Shown here: one piece after another, positions 13,405 to 26,978 of the stretch | How the letters are laid out: each line of letters begins with the position of its first letter | How positions within the stretch are numbered: the stretch's first letter is position 1 | Source of the DNA: Balanoglossus misakiensis | Lineage: Eukaryota > Animalia > Hemichordata | DNA: 64,000 nucleotides | Reading direction: 5' to 3' | NCBI GenBank assembly: GCA_040954595.2 | Contig: CM082592.2 | Location: forward strand, 10,502,731-10,566,730 | Translations under genes and position numbers: made by a program | Notes under the pieces: model-generated | Database searches by the model: none | Told to the model about the DNA's origin: nothing | What the model saw: the letters and a program-made list of their open reading frames with translations, nothing else

Positions 13405-16400
13405 ATGGCATTCTGTAAGTGTAAACATAGAAACTAGCTAGTTTTTATGGCGTAAGTGATTCCTGTTTCCCCCGATCGTCCCAAGACGACTTTGTGTGCT
13501 TGATTTTTACATGAGCATGATGACTAGCCACATCACAAACCATACATGATGATTGATCATTGATGTGATGTTTTTCTTTCTATAGCACAACTCGACAGAC
13601 TCCGGGAACTAAACTACAAAAGTCTGAGACTTGGGATATTATCTTGTGTATCCACACCTGACAATTGCAGCGGATTACATGACTGGATAGACCGCAAAAG
13701 TATGCATAAAAACGTGGGTGATATCACAGGCACTTCAGTTGAAGGTTTTCAAGATGTAGACTGTGAGAAAAGCAGTGTGAATCTGCACGGTGGCAAAGTG
13801 TTTGTTGGAAATATCAGTTACAGGGTGAGACAATTTCTTTCTCATGTAACTATGAGTGAAATAAGTACATTGAGGGGAAAATAAAGGGGCATGATCGATG
13901 ATGTGCTGATGAAGTTTGTATTTAAAGTTATAATTAATGAACCAAAAACATTCTGTCATCAGTTCAAAATCGTGTCATATTGCAGGTGAGAAGACATCGC
14001 TTTTGGGGTTTTTGTGAAAAGTTTGGCAAAGTGATCAGTGTGTATCTAGCAAGAGATGATACCAAGAAGAGAGCTCATAGAGGGTAAGTGAAAAGAAAGA
14101 AAAACAGAGGAAAGTGATACATGAATCAGGTATTGATTAATTGTCAGCTTTTCCCATGGTGCTTTTGGGATGACGGTTGGCTGCTCAGAAGCTTTATTCC
14201 AGTGTTTACACCTCCATGCACTTATAAAATCACTTGTGCTAATTTCTCAATAGCTATGGTTTTGTAACTTTTGAACATGAAGAAGATGCAAAAAAGCTGT
14301 TACATGCTCCAGATGAAGATCTTATGTTGGAAAACAGGTACTATATATGTTCCCAAATACTTCTGACAGCCACTATTGTAGAAGTTCAAAAAAGCATGAG
14401 TCCACTGAAAAAGACTGCCATTAGTGGTGAATATTGATGCATTCTTTTGTTTTTCTTCAGACAGTTGCGAGTGGCTCCCGTACAGAGCAAAATGAAGCCA
14501 AAGGTATCTTTGCCAATGAGACTTGTCAAAGACAGTGAGGTGAGTTTAAGAACATTAGGGAGGAAATTACCTCACCCTTACTCTTGGTATCCAAAAAGAA
14601 AAAAAGATGTATCAAAAATGTTAATTTCAGAGAGATCAGATTCATCTCAAAATCATGTCAACTTTCTGGTGAGTCACAGTTTTTCACACAAAGGTGACTT
14701 ATTAATACATCATTTCCTTGACAGAGTGAAGATACACTCCCAGACAGTACAGACACTGACAGGTCAGGTGATGACCTCACAATTGTACCTCAACAACAAC
14801 GCTCTGAAAAATCACAATCTGAAGAGGGTGGTGGTGACATGACAGATGTCATCGATATGGAAAGTCTTGACATCGAAGAATCTTTGGAAGCTGATGGGAG
14901 CAACATCATGATTTTGAATAATCATATTCTGCTTCACATCTTCAGTTTTCTGACTGTCAAGGAACGCATCATCATTGAAAGAGGTAACCTTAGGGTGCTA
15001 TTGTCTCAACAGAATAGGGTACTTAGTATAACTAAGATAACATTAAGTGCTTGACATGTTTATTTAAAACAGAAAAGGCTGCTGTAACATATTACTTTTG
15101 AAAGTGTCTGAAAAGTTTTTGTTTTTAATAATAGTTTGCAAAAGATGGAGGTTAGTGGTGTTGAAGAGCTGGCAATCAGTTGTATCTTTGAGTTTTGAAA
15201 ATACATTTGGAGGATTCACTCACTTTGGAGGTACCGGTAAGTTCCTTACATTTTGAGCGTTATTTGTGTGTGCATTGGCTTGCCAAGTCGATACTCAAGT
15301 TAATACTATAAGTGTAAGCCTCACATACCTATTCTATATCTATGGATTTACAGCTTTGACAGATTACATCTTAAACTCCATATTGATGAGAGGTTGTCAG
15401 GAACTGAAGTCATTAGATTTATCTGCATCTCCCCATCTCCTCACGGATTGGTCTATTAATAAAATAGGTAGGACTTTTAGCAAATTTTCATACTTCTATT
15501 TTATCGTTACATTTGTAAGTTGGATTGTAAGCAAGCATTAAGCTTACAGTTTTCATCTTTCATTTCGCTTGACAGGTAAAAGATGCAAGAATCTTCTTCA
15601 ACTCGATCTGTCTGGCGTCAAAATAAACAACAACTGTTTGAGAACACTGGCAGGTCATCTCAGCAAATTGCAGGTGATTATTCTACAATTTGATGAACCA
15701 GAGCAGAAACTGACAATATTTGTGTCACCATTTGTGTTAGCAACTTTTCAATGCGAGTCATACGCTAAGGATTCAATACAAGGCCACTTATAATCATCAG
15801 CCTCCACTACAGGGTGCATGATTTTTATCAAGTTTTCTTCTTTTGTTTTCAGTCAGTAAAACTGTGCCGGTGTTTTGATGTTGGAGAAAAAGGGTAAGCA
15901 TTGTACATGTTCGTTGTACTTTTAGAGCCAGATATAGCTGCCAGATGGCCAGTTTGTTACAGATTTTCCTTGTTGAGACTATTTCTCTAACACATACGGT
16001 GAAAACTGCAGATTCTAAAGAGTGCCCTCTCGCAAGCAGGATTTTTCTGACCTTTTGGAAAAACCTATTTTGATACCTGACACTGACATTTTGGAATTGA
16101 TTTCATGGTTCTATATATAACATACATAGGATTATGCATAACATGATATTTGATATGTGAGATACGTTCTAGACTACAATTTTAGTATTATTTTGCCTTT
16201 TCTATTCTCAGCTTATGGTGGTTATACAAACACTGCAACAGTTTGGTATATGTTGACATTTCTGAAAACATCAGAATAACTGGGCAGGTAATGGGAATTT
16301 TCTGGTCTCTGATTTCAATTTATACTGCATTTAAATTTCAAATGTCTTTGGACAAACAAATCAAAACGAAATTCTTATATGAAGACCTTATAATAAAAAA

Positions 16401-19400
16401 TATACCATGCTACACCGATAATGCATTATGCTTTAAAAGTAAGACATGTACAGTACTCCCTGAATTCAAATTTGGCATTCATGTACATGCTGTATTAACA
16501 TTGATAGGTTTTGTGGTTTGTAATTGCAGTGTTTTCACATTCTCAACTCCAACTGTGAAACAGTCATCGTGAGAGGGTGTACCAAGATCGGCGATGTTGG
16601 GATGCAGAGACTGACTGAGAAATGCCAGAAACTGACCCACCTTGACATCAGTGACTGTTCCACCATCACGAACGCAACTTTGAATCTGATAACAAAGGTA
16701 AGAATTCCACAGCCAGTGATTAGACAAGTAGAAACATTATTGAGAAATTGATAGGACCATTGATTTGAATCAAGGCTTTTTGTTTATGTTAACTGCATGC
16801 AGTTTTGCGATCAGGTAGAAACTCTAACTCACACATTGCTGCTTCACTTCTGTGCCTTTTCTCAGAACTGCAGAGAGATAAAAGTGTTATTACTGTCAGG
16901 CTTTTATAAGGAAGGTAAGATCAATCATGATTGGGAAAAAAATTCTCATACAATTCTGAACATAATATGTTTTATGCAAACTGAAGTGTCTGTCTTATAT
17001 TTTTATTGTCCTCTCTTTGTGCACATTTTGACTTGAATCCTAAAAATGATTATTGGTTAGGTTGATGTTTACATAATGCTGCATTATTTTCCAGTTGATG
17101 CTACATCACTAGCTGCTTTAAGCTTGCTGCACAGACTTGAGAAATTGCAGTTGTCACACAACCGCACAGTTGATGATAAAGTGTTGATTGCAGTAAGCAA
17201 AGGATGTCAGCAGTTACGGTCAGTATACTTATCTTGTGGTATGCGTGTACCTATAGCGGAGGCAGGGTCATTTTCTTATCGTTGGTGGCAGTTTTCTGTT
17301 CATATCCAGAGATGATGTTATATTCCCACACATCACAGCAAGGATTATTTAGACACAGATACCAGATTCGCCCTTGAATTGGAATCTAGTATCTGCTAAA
17401 GCTCTGTGATGTTGGACTGTCTATGACATGTCCTAGCTGACATTGTCTTCTAGCTGCAGGTACATAGTTACATGCCCTGTGCCATTGATGCCAGATTTCT
17501 GACAGCCATTGACGACAAGGGTTAAGTAATAAGACAGAAAACAGCTGTAACCTTTCATATCAAACACAAGACGATCACTTCCAATCTGTGCCATATTGAT
17601 GGACCAAAACACACAGGGCAGTTTCACTCCATTGTTTTGACAATCTAAGCTGCAACAGATGTTCAGCGATGCGTATGAACAAAAATTGATGTAGTGATGA
17701 TTTATTTTGTATCAATGTGTCAATTTATCATCATTTCTTCGGGCATTAATAGCTTGTTTGTCATAAATTATTGTATTTATTTTGATGGTAAGATTATTAG
17801 AATTAAAGGGGAAACACTTGAGTTTAACTGCATAGAATTATTCCCTTTAAAAGGAAAGTTTTTAATGTAACTGTGGTCAGTTTTGCTGGCTTATTTAAAA
17901 CAATGTTGATGAGATTAAACAGAACAGTAAATTTTCCAGATACCTGGATATTGAGGGCTGCTTCGAGAATGTAACTGATGTTGGAATCAAAAGTCTTGCA
18001 GGATGTCCACTATTGCAGCATCTGAATATAAGTTATCTGGATAAGGTGAGTGTTCACACTAATTTGCATTGATTGATGGATTGGTTTCTATTTATTTATT
18101 TATTGATTGATTGATCAGTGGGCCAATTTTTAATTGAGAATAATATACTCAGAGAAAACGAGAGTTTTGAAAACAATAACCTACACAAGAAATGAAATGT
18201 CATATCTTCTGTATGGTGTGTTTCACATGTCTGGTTGAATTTGGTAATTGTCAATACAGACCTGGTACTTGAATATTTCTGTGTTGTTTGCAGATTAGTG
18301 ATAGCAGTGTACAAAGACTTGCTTTAGAAGGACGCTTGAAACACCTTGTAGCCAGGGCCTGTCTGGAGATCACAAATGAAAGTGAGCATTATACTTTTGT
18401 GGTTGTAGAATGTCATGTCATATCTCATCAATTCAAGTGTGTGAGTGAAAGTTGCAGAAAAATTAAAGGGTACATGCAGCTGCTTCCAAATCAGTTCAGG
18501 GTTAATCTAGAACCAAAGAGACCGAAATCTATAAAAGATGAGAATTAAAACAATTTGTATGTGTTACTGTGGTTATAAATGCCACTATTTATACTAGTCC
18601 ACATCCGATGTGGTAGATTTAAAGGTCACTGTTGCACTGAGATATCAAGCCATGTGTATCACATTGCATTTGACAGCAGGCAGTACGTCACCTAAGCTCA
18701 CACATAGCAAAACTGTAAATCGTAACTTGTGATATGTCAAGGTTCATTTTGGCTTCACAAGTTTGGCTAAAAACTTGTCAAACACTACTTTTTCGAACAT
18801 TTGCTATTTGGTGAGCAGGCAGCTGAAAGGTCGACTGACAAGTAACCATGCAATGCCCAAGCAACCAACTTTTGTATGCATGTATACATTTGTTTTTAAA
18901 GCTCAGCTCCCCCTGGTCAGTTAGTCTCCCCTAGCAACCCCACTGTATCCCCTGGCAACTCAACTAATGCCTTTACATGTGCATAACTACCATACCACTG
19001 CTCTAAGCAACCTTGTAACCTGATTAAGTTTCAACTATCCTACAATTTCCTTAGCAACATGGCCAACAGTATAGTGGTCGCAGCCATACCAAAATTAATT
19101 TCCTGGACAAAAACTACAGAAGCAAATAAAAACCTACAAAAATTACCACTGCACCTTACTAACTCAACTAGCAACTCCTCCAACAAGCTTCCCTAATAGG
19201 GAGAGCCTATTTGTCTTACTGGTTTGTATTTACACTGAATGCGTCCATTTTTGGTTATTCAGGTATGACAACATTAGCTCATCTCTGTCGTAATCTTGAG
19301 CATTTAGATGTGAGTGGATGCGATAGAGTCACAGATGATGGATTGTCAGCTTTCCTCCACCAATGTGAAGAAAGGACTTGTGTCTTGGCAATCACTGCTG

Positions 19401-19920
19401 GAGGTAACAATACATATTCTACATTATATTTAGGTGAAGAAGTGTGTGGTTGTCATTTGCTTGTACAAAAATACGCGAATGAAGCACAACTGGACGGTTT
19501 TTGTTTTGCTTTTTAGGAACAGGTGTGACTAAAGACTCTGTTGAGTTGTTCAGAAACACAAACATTGGAGTGACTCTGCAGAACATGGCTGTATCTTCAA
19601 GATATCCAAACTATAACATGATGATTGGAATGCGTAAGTATAACTTAAAGGTACCATTCAGTAGTTGGTTAAAAGGATGTGGCCTAAACATGTAGAATTT
19701 TAAGTTATTATTTTCAGAGCATTAATCTTACTCTTATCTTGTTCCAGCATCTTGGAGTGATGAGGATGATGAGGACGAGGACGAGAAGGAGACAAGCCTG
19801 GTTGGTAACCATGGTGACACTGCCATGTGGTCAGTAGATGGTGGTCTGGTGGTTTGGGCCCAGGATTCAGAGGATTTCTTAGAGGCTGATGACCCGGCTG
19901 AGCTGGACTGGGTGTCTTAG
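13405..19920 (+). CDS. RRM + F-box + cysteine-containing LRR protein (EEED8.10-like / FBXL-type)
   Basis: Multi-exon, starts ATG GCA TTC T|gtaagt at 13405. RNP2 KVFVGNISY and RNP1 RGYGFVTF; F-box ILNNHILLHIFSFLTVKERIIIERVCKRWR; many LRR-CC repeats (LTHLDISDCSTITN, LEHLDVSGCDRVTDDG); acidic tail ending DWVS* at 19920. Confidence 0.88.
18845..19185. repeat. Degenerate CC(C/T)TAGCAAC-motif repeat tract in an intron
   Basis: cccaagcaacc, ccctagcaacc, ccctggcaact, ctctaagcaacc, ccttagcaaca and actagcaact within ~340 bp. Confidence 0.55.
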
Positions 19921-20324
19921 ATAAGTCATGTAATCGTCACCATGACAATACCTCTGAGATGGAGTTTGTTTTCTTGCGATTTTGTTTATTCAAAGGAATG
20001 GCACTGAATTTTTTGCTTAAGCACCAAGGAGGCTGATTAATATAGTTTTACAAGCTCGAGGAATTCCTTTTCATCTTCCAGATATAGGAATTCAAGGTAA
20101 AGAGTTTATTTTCGTCCTGTATAAACCTGATTCTAGTATTCTTTGGGAGCCAGAAACTCCTGTTAAGGTTTGGTTATATTAATAAATCTTTCTATACGGT
20201 CTACTCACAGGAATCTATAAATTACTAGTTCTTAAACCTAAGTTCATTTCTCTAATATGACATCCTGCTTCTTCAATACAGAAAGCAATATCTATTGGAT
20301 AATCTTCAGTACCATATGATTATA

Positions 20325-23300
20325 TTAACTTCTGGTCATTTTCATCCTCCTCTTGAATTCCCCCCAGAGGAGTTGTTGTTCCCGCCTTGCCCCGGCAAGC
20401 ACAGATCGGTTTTCCGATGCTCTCCGGGACAAATACGGAATGACCTCATCCACCGTGCCAACTGGCATGGATTTGTAAACGAGATATCCTGCTTGCCCTG
20501 AAATAGATCACAGATAAACTCAGCTGTGTAAAGGGCTGTATGTAATACAGGAAGGCTGTGTACACATAATACCTTTAAATACACAGGATACAAGTATCTT
20601 ACATAGTACATGTACACAGAATACCTCTAAATACACAGGATACAAGTATCTTACATAGTACATGTACACAGAATACCTCTAAATACACAGGATACAAATT
20701 TGACCCAATTAATGCAGAGGATATCTTACCTAATGCATAGGAGACTTGATCACACATGCCTAACAGCTGTCCAAATGTAACTGTGCCATCCTGTGGTCCA
20801 ATGCCAAATTGATGCATTCTGTGAAGCAAAATTATAATTGTGTTGGTTCAAGCTGGTATATCCCACAATACAGATACTAGCTGCCAGAGTTCAAGTCACA
20901 CAACATACACGTACATGCTAAAATAATGTGAGCATACTGTTATGTATAGAAAAAAAACAAAAATTTCACTGTCATACTCACTTTTCCATGGCCAGGTTGA
21001 CACTTGCTTCGTTGTGAGATGCAACTATTATATTAAACTTTCTGTTGTGTTCTCTGATCAATTCCAACATCGTTACAAGATTTTTATCGTACATATTGTT
21101 AGTGTCTCCATAGGTTTCATTAATTGGATCTGAAAGTGGAAGAAATGTGACAATTTATCAGTACAATCAAACTACTTATCAGTTTGTCCTTTTCGCTTTC
21201 ATTTGCCTGAACACATGCTATAGACTTATTAAAAAAATACAACAATATATGGACAATGCATTTAATGACCTATGACCATAGTTCCTGGCTTTAACAAAGT
21301 TCACACTTATAAATTGATATACAAGCAAAAGCTGGATTACATTAAATTCTGTGTAAATTAAAATGTAACACGTCATCTAAAAGTTTATCCTTAATCCATG
21401 ACTAAAGTAAGAATTAATCGGTTTTGCCAGAGTAGGGATGTAGGATAATGCATGGATGCATAATCTATTTTTAGTGACATGGTAACATTTTGCAGGTATT
21501 TTAGTTCGAGTAAAAGTACATGCACATAAATAACCTGGAAAACACAATTGAAGGTCATATGCCCTCCTACACTATCAAAAAAGGACTGAAAGTATAGGGA
21601 CTATAATGCGTACGTACTTACCTTCATATCCCATTTCTTTAGCTCTCAATCTTTCTTTATCCATATAAGCCCCTCGGACAAGTTTGATTCCAAATCCAAA
21701 GCCTAATTTTTGTGCGATGTCCACATCTCTGCAGATGTTGCTGTGCGATTCCTGTCAGAATAATTCACATGTGATGAAAACTGCTACAGTTTTCTGTCTT
21801 GGAACAGTCACATGAATTTTGAACAGGAGCATTACTAATTTAATGTGATAAATCTTTGTGCAGCTGTACATGATTCCAAGTTATGATCATACATTGCTCA
21901 CAAGGGTTTATGTATGCCACCTGTACATCCATGCATATACCCATATACCTTGACAGCTTCTATTAGCGTAACACTCTTAACCAAGTCCTACATACCTTGA
22001 GATAAGATTGATATGTGTTCCACACATATGGTTCAGGTCGGTTGTATTTATACATCAAAGCCAGTGTAATCAATGTCATGGCAGGATTTAAATAAGAATA
22101 TTCCGCATCTACTAACACTTTGGTTTTGTTGTTTACTGCATGCTGAGTTTTGAAACAGAAAAATTGATGTGAATTAGCATAGCTAAAGTACAAATTGTAA
22201 ATTCACTAGCAAATGGCTAAGAAAATAGTGTACCTGTGTCATTTTGTCAAGGCGTTGAAGCGAACTTTTGAGTTGTTTATTTTCCCCATCGCTCAGGCCT
22301 GGTATAATGATATTCTGAAAAGAAGTACAGACATGATAAAGAAGAGTAGGTGCTTCACACCACAGTAACCAAGAAGTCGGTTGAATTAAGGATTTAAGAC
22401 TGCCCTGTTGATATGACAATTAACAAACTCACCATTTCTCCATTTTGTTGAAGTCCCTTGGCAATGTTCTGAATACTGAGAGGGCCGTCTGTACCATCGT
22501 GGAAACTATCTTGTGTTATCATCTGACTGATTTTAACCTGTAAAGTTCCATGATCAGCATGAGTTGAAGTTTCATGAACACCATAACACTTTGAGCCGAT
22601 TTTAATCCAATTGTTTTGACACTTACCAAGAGTTCTGGTGGAACCAATGGACTGATTCTCATTTGCATAAGTAACGGTTTGCTGTGGTCTGAGGTTTTGA
22701 CGGTCAGATCAACGCATTCGATCATGATGTCAATGTTCTTATCATACCATGCCTCTCTGTCTCTGTAAATGTTGAGTGAGAGAATGCAAAAATTAGGCAA
22801 TAACCACCAAGGGCAGGTATGTCATGAGATATAGCATTTAAATGTACAGCCACAACCAGAGCCACTGCTTGAACATAGTGAAAGTATGGCAGTTATCGAA
22901 TGATGGAAAAATATATCATTTGTTGTATTCCTAAAACACAAACCTTTTTGAGGTTTCTCCCACATCCTCTTCTAAAGGAATAGCTATCAAGCCTGATATT
23001 CCAGCTTGTCTTAGCTTGTCACTGCTAGTCTTAATATTGGCTGCATTTTCTCCAGCAACGAACTGACCATAAAATGTGGATTTCAGAACAATATCTGAGA
23101 GCCGCCTACCAAGAAACTTCTGGGAGAGCTCCATCCACTGAAAACAGAAGAAAATGCTGAAGCAAAAGCTCAAATGAGTGATTAAACCCTCTGTTTCCAA
23201 ATCAAAAGAATGCACTCATTGTGGTGAGCCACCACTTTCAATTGTCTATGCAAAGACAATTCCCCCCCCCCCCTAAAAACTTAATCAAGCCCCCCCCCCC

Positions 23301-23802
23301 TCCAAGATATCAAATGGTCCATCCCTAAATGCAGAAGTGTGATCCACTAATTCAATTGTTTTAACGATCTCCTACCTCCCAAAACAACTTTAATGTGCTC
23401 AATATATGCGATAATCTGAGATGGTCCCTTAATGACATGACATTACATTACCTTGACACCATTGTTCACTATAAAGTCGTATGCGCAGACTTTCAACACG
23501 ACCAACGCCCTGAAGATTTCACCAGTAGATTTTCCCTTAAAAGCCTTTTCCGCGTCACTGAAGTCCAGATCTACCCTTCCACCAGCTTCAAATCCTTCTT
23601 TTGTGTTTAAACTAGAATTTTTTCGATGCAATTGACCACTTGCATCTACTTTGGGATCGCTTTGAACTTTGAAGCCTTTGGTGTCGACGTTGGTTGATAA
23701 CGACTGCGTTCCACTGACGGTGCAAATGAGATCCCTTACCCTGGACAAATTTCGAAATCTGCCGCCGAATACTTGAATTTGTCGCAACATTGTATTATAC
23801 AT
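20325..23802 (-). CDS. PRODH2: Proline/hydroxyproline dehydrogenase, PRODH2-like
   Basis: About 9 exons. [106 protein letters not shown]. The compact N-terminal half with EAWY matches PRODH2 better than PRODH. Confidence 0.88.
20560..20697. repeat. Tandem repeat, 52-bp unit x ~2.7
   Basis: Unit gtacacagaatacctctaaatacacaggatacaagtatcttacatagtacat in the last PRODH2 intron. Confidence 0.9.
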
Positions 23803-24498
23803 GGTCGTACAATATGCGACGATGATCTCATGGTAATTTTACACCATTGTCATTCACTTAATTGGTAGCTATACCACAGTGGCTATACACATACGTGTCG
23901 TCGCGTCGCGTCACTCGACCCTCGGGTTAACCTTGTGCTATAAGAGTGATGAGGGTCTGCGGTTTTTCTTCATAAAAACATGATATATAACCAGTGTCTT
24001 TACCGTGTTACGCCACACACAGCTGTAAGCCTACCATACACATATGCCACGTACGGCGATGGAGTGAATAGCAATGAGGTTATATATCGCGTAAGGGGCG
24101 GTGGATAATGACGGGCAACCTATACAGATACAGGGGTGGGGTGGGGAGATGACAGGGGGTGGGTGGGGAGTTGAGGGCTGGTGGACGTGGGCTCTATGTT
24201 CCTATATTTGTCTCTTCTTTATGAAGTTCAAAGTAAACTGACTATATCACCCGTTCCCTATATACCAGTAGTCAAATCTATATATGCCTTCAAAGCTTCT
24301 GGGAGTATTTAGTTAAATATTAAATTAACCTTTGACCAAGAAGCAGTGAAAATGACGTCGAAAAACTTGGCTATTTAATACTAGAAGGGCAGTGACTAAA
24401 AATAGCTGGAGTATACTATACACTTAAACTGTATATATACATGTATATAATTATAATTCACTTTTTGCGTGCTATATGCAAAACAAACCTCTGTGTGG

Positions 24499-25929
24499 TC
24501 ACTTGCAGTGAATAGCGAAAGTTGAGAATCTGATAAGCTTGTTTTCCAAGTTTTTGACACTAACTTCAAAAGTTCCATATGTTAATCGTGTGATGTGTAC
24601 CCATTGGAGCGCCTCAGGCGCGGCAGAATATGAATTTAAAATGGCCGTCTTCAAGAGATAGTTGCGTTTCTTCACGTCAACTTGACTTGTTCCGCTTTTG
24701 GGCCCCGGTGTAACACAGAGTAAAAGGTCGCATTCATCTCCAATATCATTAACAATTTCAAATGCGACTGTAGTATTTGCACGGCTGCTTCTTAGCCCAT
24801 GTTGCCATGGTATCCACGAAGAGTCGTTCCTTGTTGGAATTAACATATTGGCCGAAGTTGGCGACGTCACATAACATCGGTTTTTATCAAACCAGTCATA
24901 TGATGACGCAGTCCACAGTCCCGGCGGAAGTTGTTGGCAGTCATTCGTACTTGCAACATCAATTTGGTTATTTTGCGGCCTGGTTTTATAGAAATGATCC
25001 GAAAGAATATTGATTGTAAAATTCAGCAGAAGATGGGACATTAATCGATGAGTCAGTTCGTTGGGATGAACGCATTCTGTTAAGTAGTACATGTCGACAA
25101 GTTTGTGTTGATGCGGGCATACCACAGACCGAAAACTTAGAGATGGAACTGAATAATGTTTACTAAGAGGTGTAATTTCACTATCTTCCGAATTTAGACA
25201 ACTTTGGTCTTTTAAATAAATGCCCAGGAGGAAATTAACGTAGATAATTTGTGGTCGTCTCGGGAGACACATTAAACGTCGTAAAATCTCTTCTTGCTGT
25301 ACAACCAACTGGGTGCCAAAACCGTCATTGGCAGCAAAATCTCCCAATATTAGATCCATTTCTTGCATTGGAAGATATTCTTGAGCACAGTATTGAAAAT
25401 AATAGCTTCCTCTACTGTTTTCTGCGCCAATAAACACTTTAACAGACACGCCTAGTATTCTTTGCAAACGCCTTCCAAATATCTGAACATAGGTTCTGTT
25501 TGGATATTGCATGTGAAATCCGTTAGATATGGAACCTCCCAACGCACCGACGTTAAACGTTCGTTTGGTCGTGAGCACCTCTTCCAAAATTGAGCGTAGC
25601 CTGTCGACGTTACCATCATTAACCACAGCCTTGGCTAGCATTTCACTTGTCAGCCCCGCTTTACTCGCATCCTTCAAAAAGTCACCTTTTACGTCTTGAA
25701 ACCGTAAAAACACACCAGAGATAACGTCATTAAACCTCGTTCCATCGCTTCTGTCATTGTGAACATCGGCAGTCGGCTCCAAAGTGCTGTTGGCAAGCAA
25801 CCATGGAAAACCCGGCGTTTCTATGCGTCTGTACACTATAGATAGAGATATCAACGCCGCGAAAACTATGAAACTGGCGATAACTCGAAGACGAAGGCGC
25901 AATCTTGGGGAGGTGATCACCGCAAACAT
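24499..25929 (-). CDS. Intronless 476-aa type II membrane SGNH/GDSL-hydrolase-like protein
   Basis: Basic N-terminus then a single TM (VIASFIVFAALISLSIVY); block I VGALGGSISNG, block III DLILGDFAANDG, block V ECVHPNELTHRLMS. TATA and CRE-like motifs ~110 bp upstream on the minus strand. Confidence 0.8.
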   Translation of the reverse strand: MFAVITSPRLRLRLRVIASFIVFAALISLSIVYRRIETPGFPWLLANSTLEPTADVHNDRSDGTRFNDVISGVFLRFQDVKGDFLKDASKAGLTSEMLAKAVVNDGNVDRLRSILEEVLTTKRTFNVGALGGSISNGFHMQYPNRTYVQIFGRRLQRILGVSVKVFIGAENSRGSYYFQYCAQEYLPMQEMDLILGDFAANDGFGTQLVVQQEEILRRLMCLPRRPQIIYVNFLLGIYLKDQSCLNSEDSEITPLSKHYSVPSLSFRSVVCPHQHKLVDMYYLTECVHPNELTHRLMSHLLLNFTINILSDHFYKTRPQNNQIDVASTNDCQQLPPGLWTASSYDWFDKNRCYVTSPTSANMLIPTRNDSSWIPWQHGLRSSRANTTVAFEIVNDIGDECDLLLCVTPGPKSGTSQVDVKKRNYLLKTAILNSYSAAPEALQWVHITRLTYGTFEVSVKNLENKLIRFSTFAIHCK

Positions 25930-26934
25930 AGTGGCAATCCATTAAGGGAAAGGAAAATGCAGGACTCACAGTGTTTCCCTGTTCAACTACTAATCGCAGC
26001 TGTTGCATGAGATTAAACCGAATCCCGGTTCATTGGTTTTATATTTCACGTCAAAAGACACTTTCAATTTTTCAAGCGACACAACGGTAACAGTTAGGCC
26101 TTTATAGTTAAAAACACGATTGGAACGATTCCGGGATAATTGCATGGTAATAAACTCTGTAAAACTCTCAGCACAGTACATGTTGCCTACACACTCGACA
26201 TATTTATCAGTTTGTTTTGTTTTGGGCAAACAATAACAGAAATACCACATTCTCCCAAAGTACAACGAATACTAATCGTATTGTACGCATTTATCGTTAT
26301 GCTATTATTCCCAAATAGTTCCAATCGTGTTTAAATAAAATAAATTCAATAAAATAGATAGAATTTAACTGCGCGCTTAACCCAGCTTTTCCAACATTAC
26401 GATCATTAAACGGACAAAAGTCATCGCGTTTTAAGAAGTTGTGTTTATTTTTGTTTCATAAGAATTTGTATGCATATTTTACTCAAACATATTGACCTAT
26501 TAGTGTTAATAGCTTCTCGTCTGTCTGCAATTAAAGTGTACAATAAAACCTAGACTGGATTGTTTAAGAAACCTGTAGTCCTTACATGGAAAAACAATAT
26601 GCTCTGAACAGACTAAGTTTAACAGAGAATGAACTGTTATAAAAAAAAAAAACATTTAATTTGTCATCTGATGTCATCGACGTCATTGGCCAAATACTTG
26701 AAAACATTTCAAACATGGGTATTGTTTCTTATAAGTGTGAGCGATACATCATCAAGGTAATCTAAAAAGTGGCAGTGGCGTTATTATTTATGATCAAACA
26801 GGTATACAGTAGAGATTAAGCTAGCCACTTCATGTAAAGTTAGAATTATTCAATATTTACCGTGGTTAAACCGTTTCGGCAATGAGATCGTTTGCCTTTG
26901 ATTGGAAGCTGTATGCAAGCAAGTAATATCTGTT

Positions 26935-26978
26935 TGTCTGTCTGTCTGTCTGTCTTGTCTGTCTGTCTGTCTGTCTGT
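26935..26978. repeat. (TGTC)n microsatellite
   Basis: tgtctgtctgtc... with one interruption. Confidence 0.9.

Noticed and set aside
14504-14512. GTATCTTT donor resembling a U12-type 5' splice site
   Set aside because: One mismatch to RTATCCTT, no clear U12 branch point, and a canonical in-frame GTGAGT donor lies 36 nt downstream.
20560-20697. Possible CRISPR-like repeat
   Set aside because: Head-to-tail tandem copies without unique spacers, inside a eukaryotic intron.
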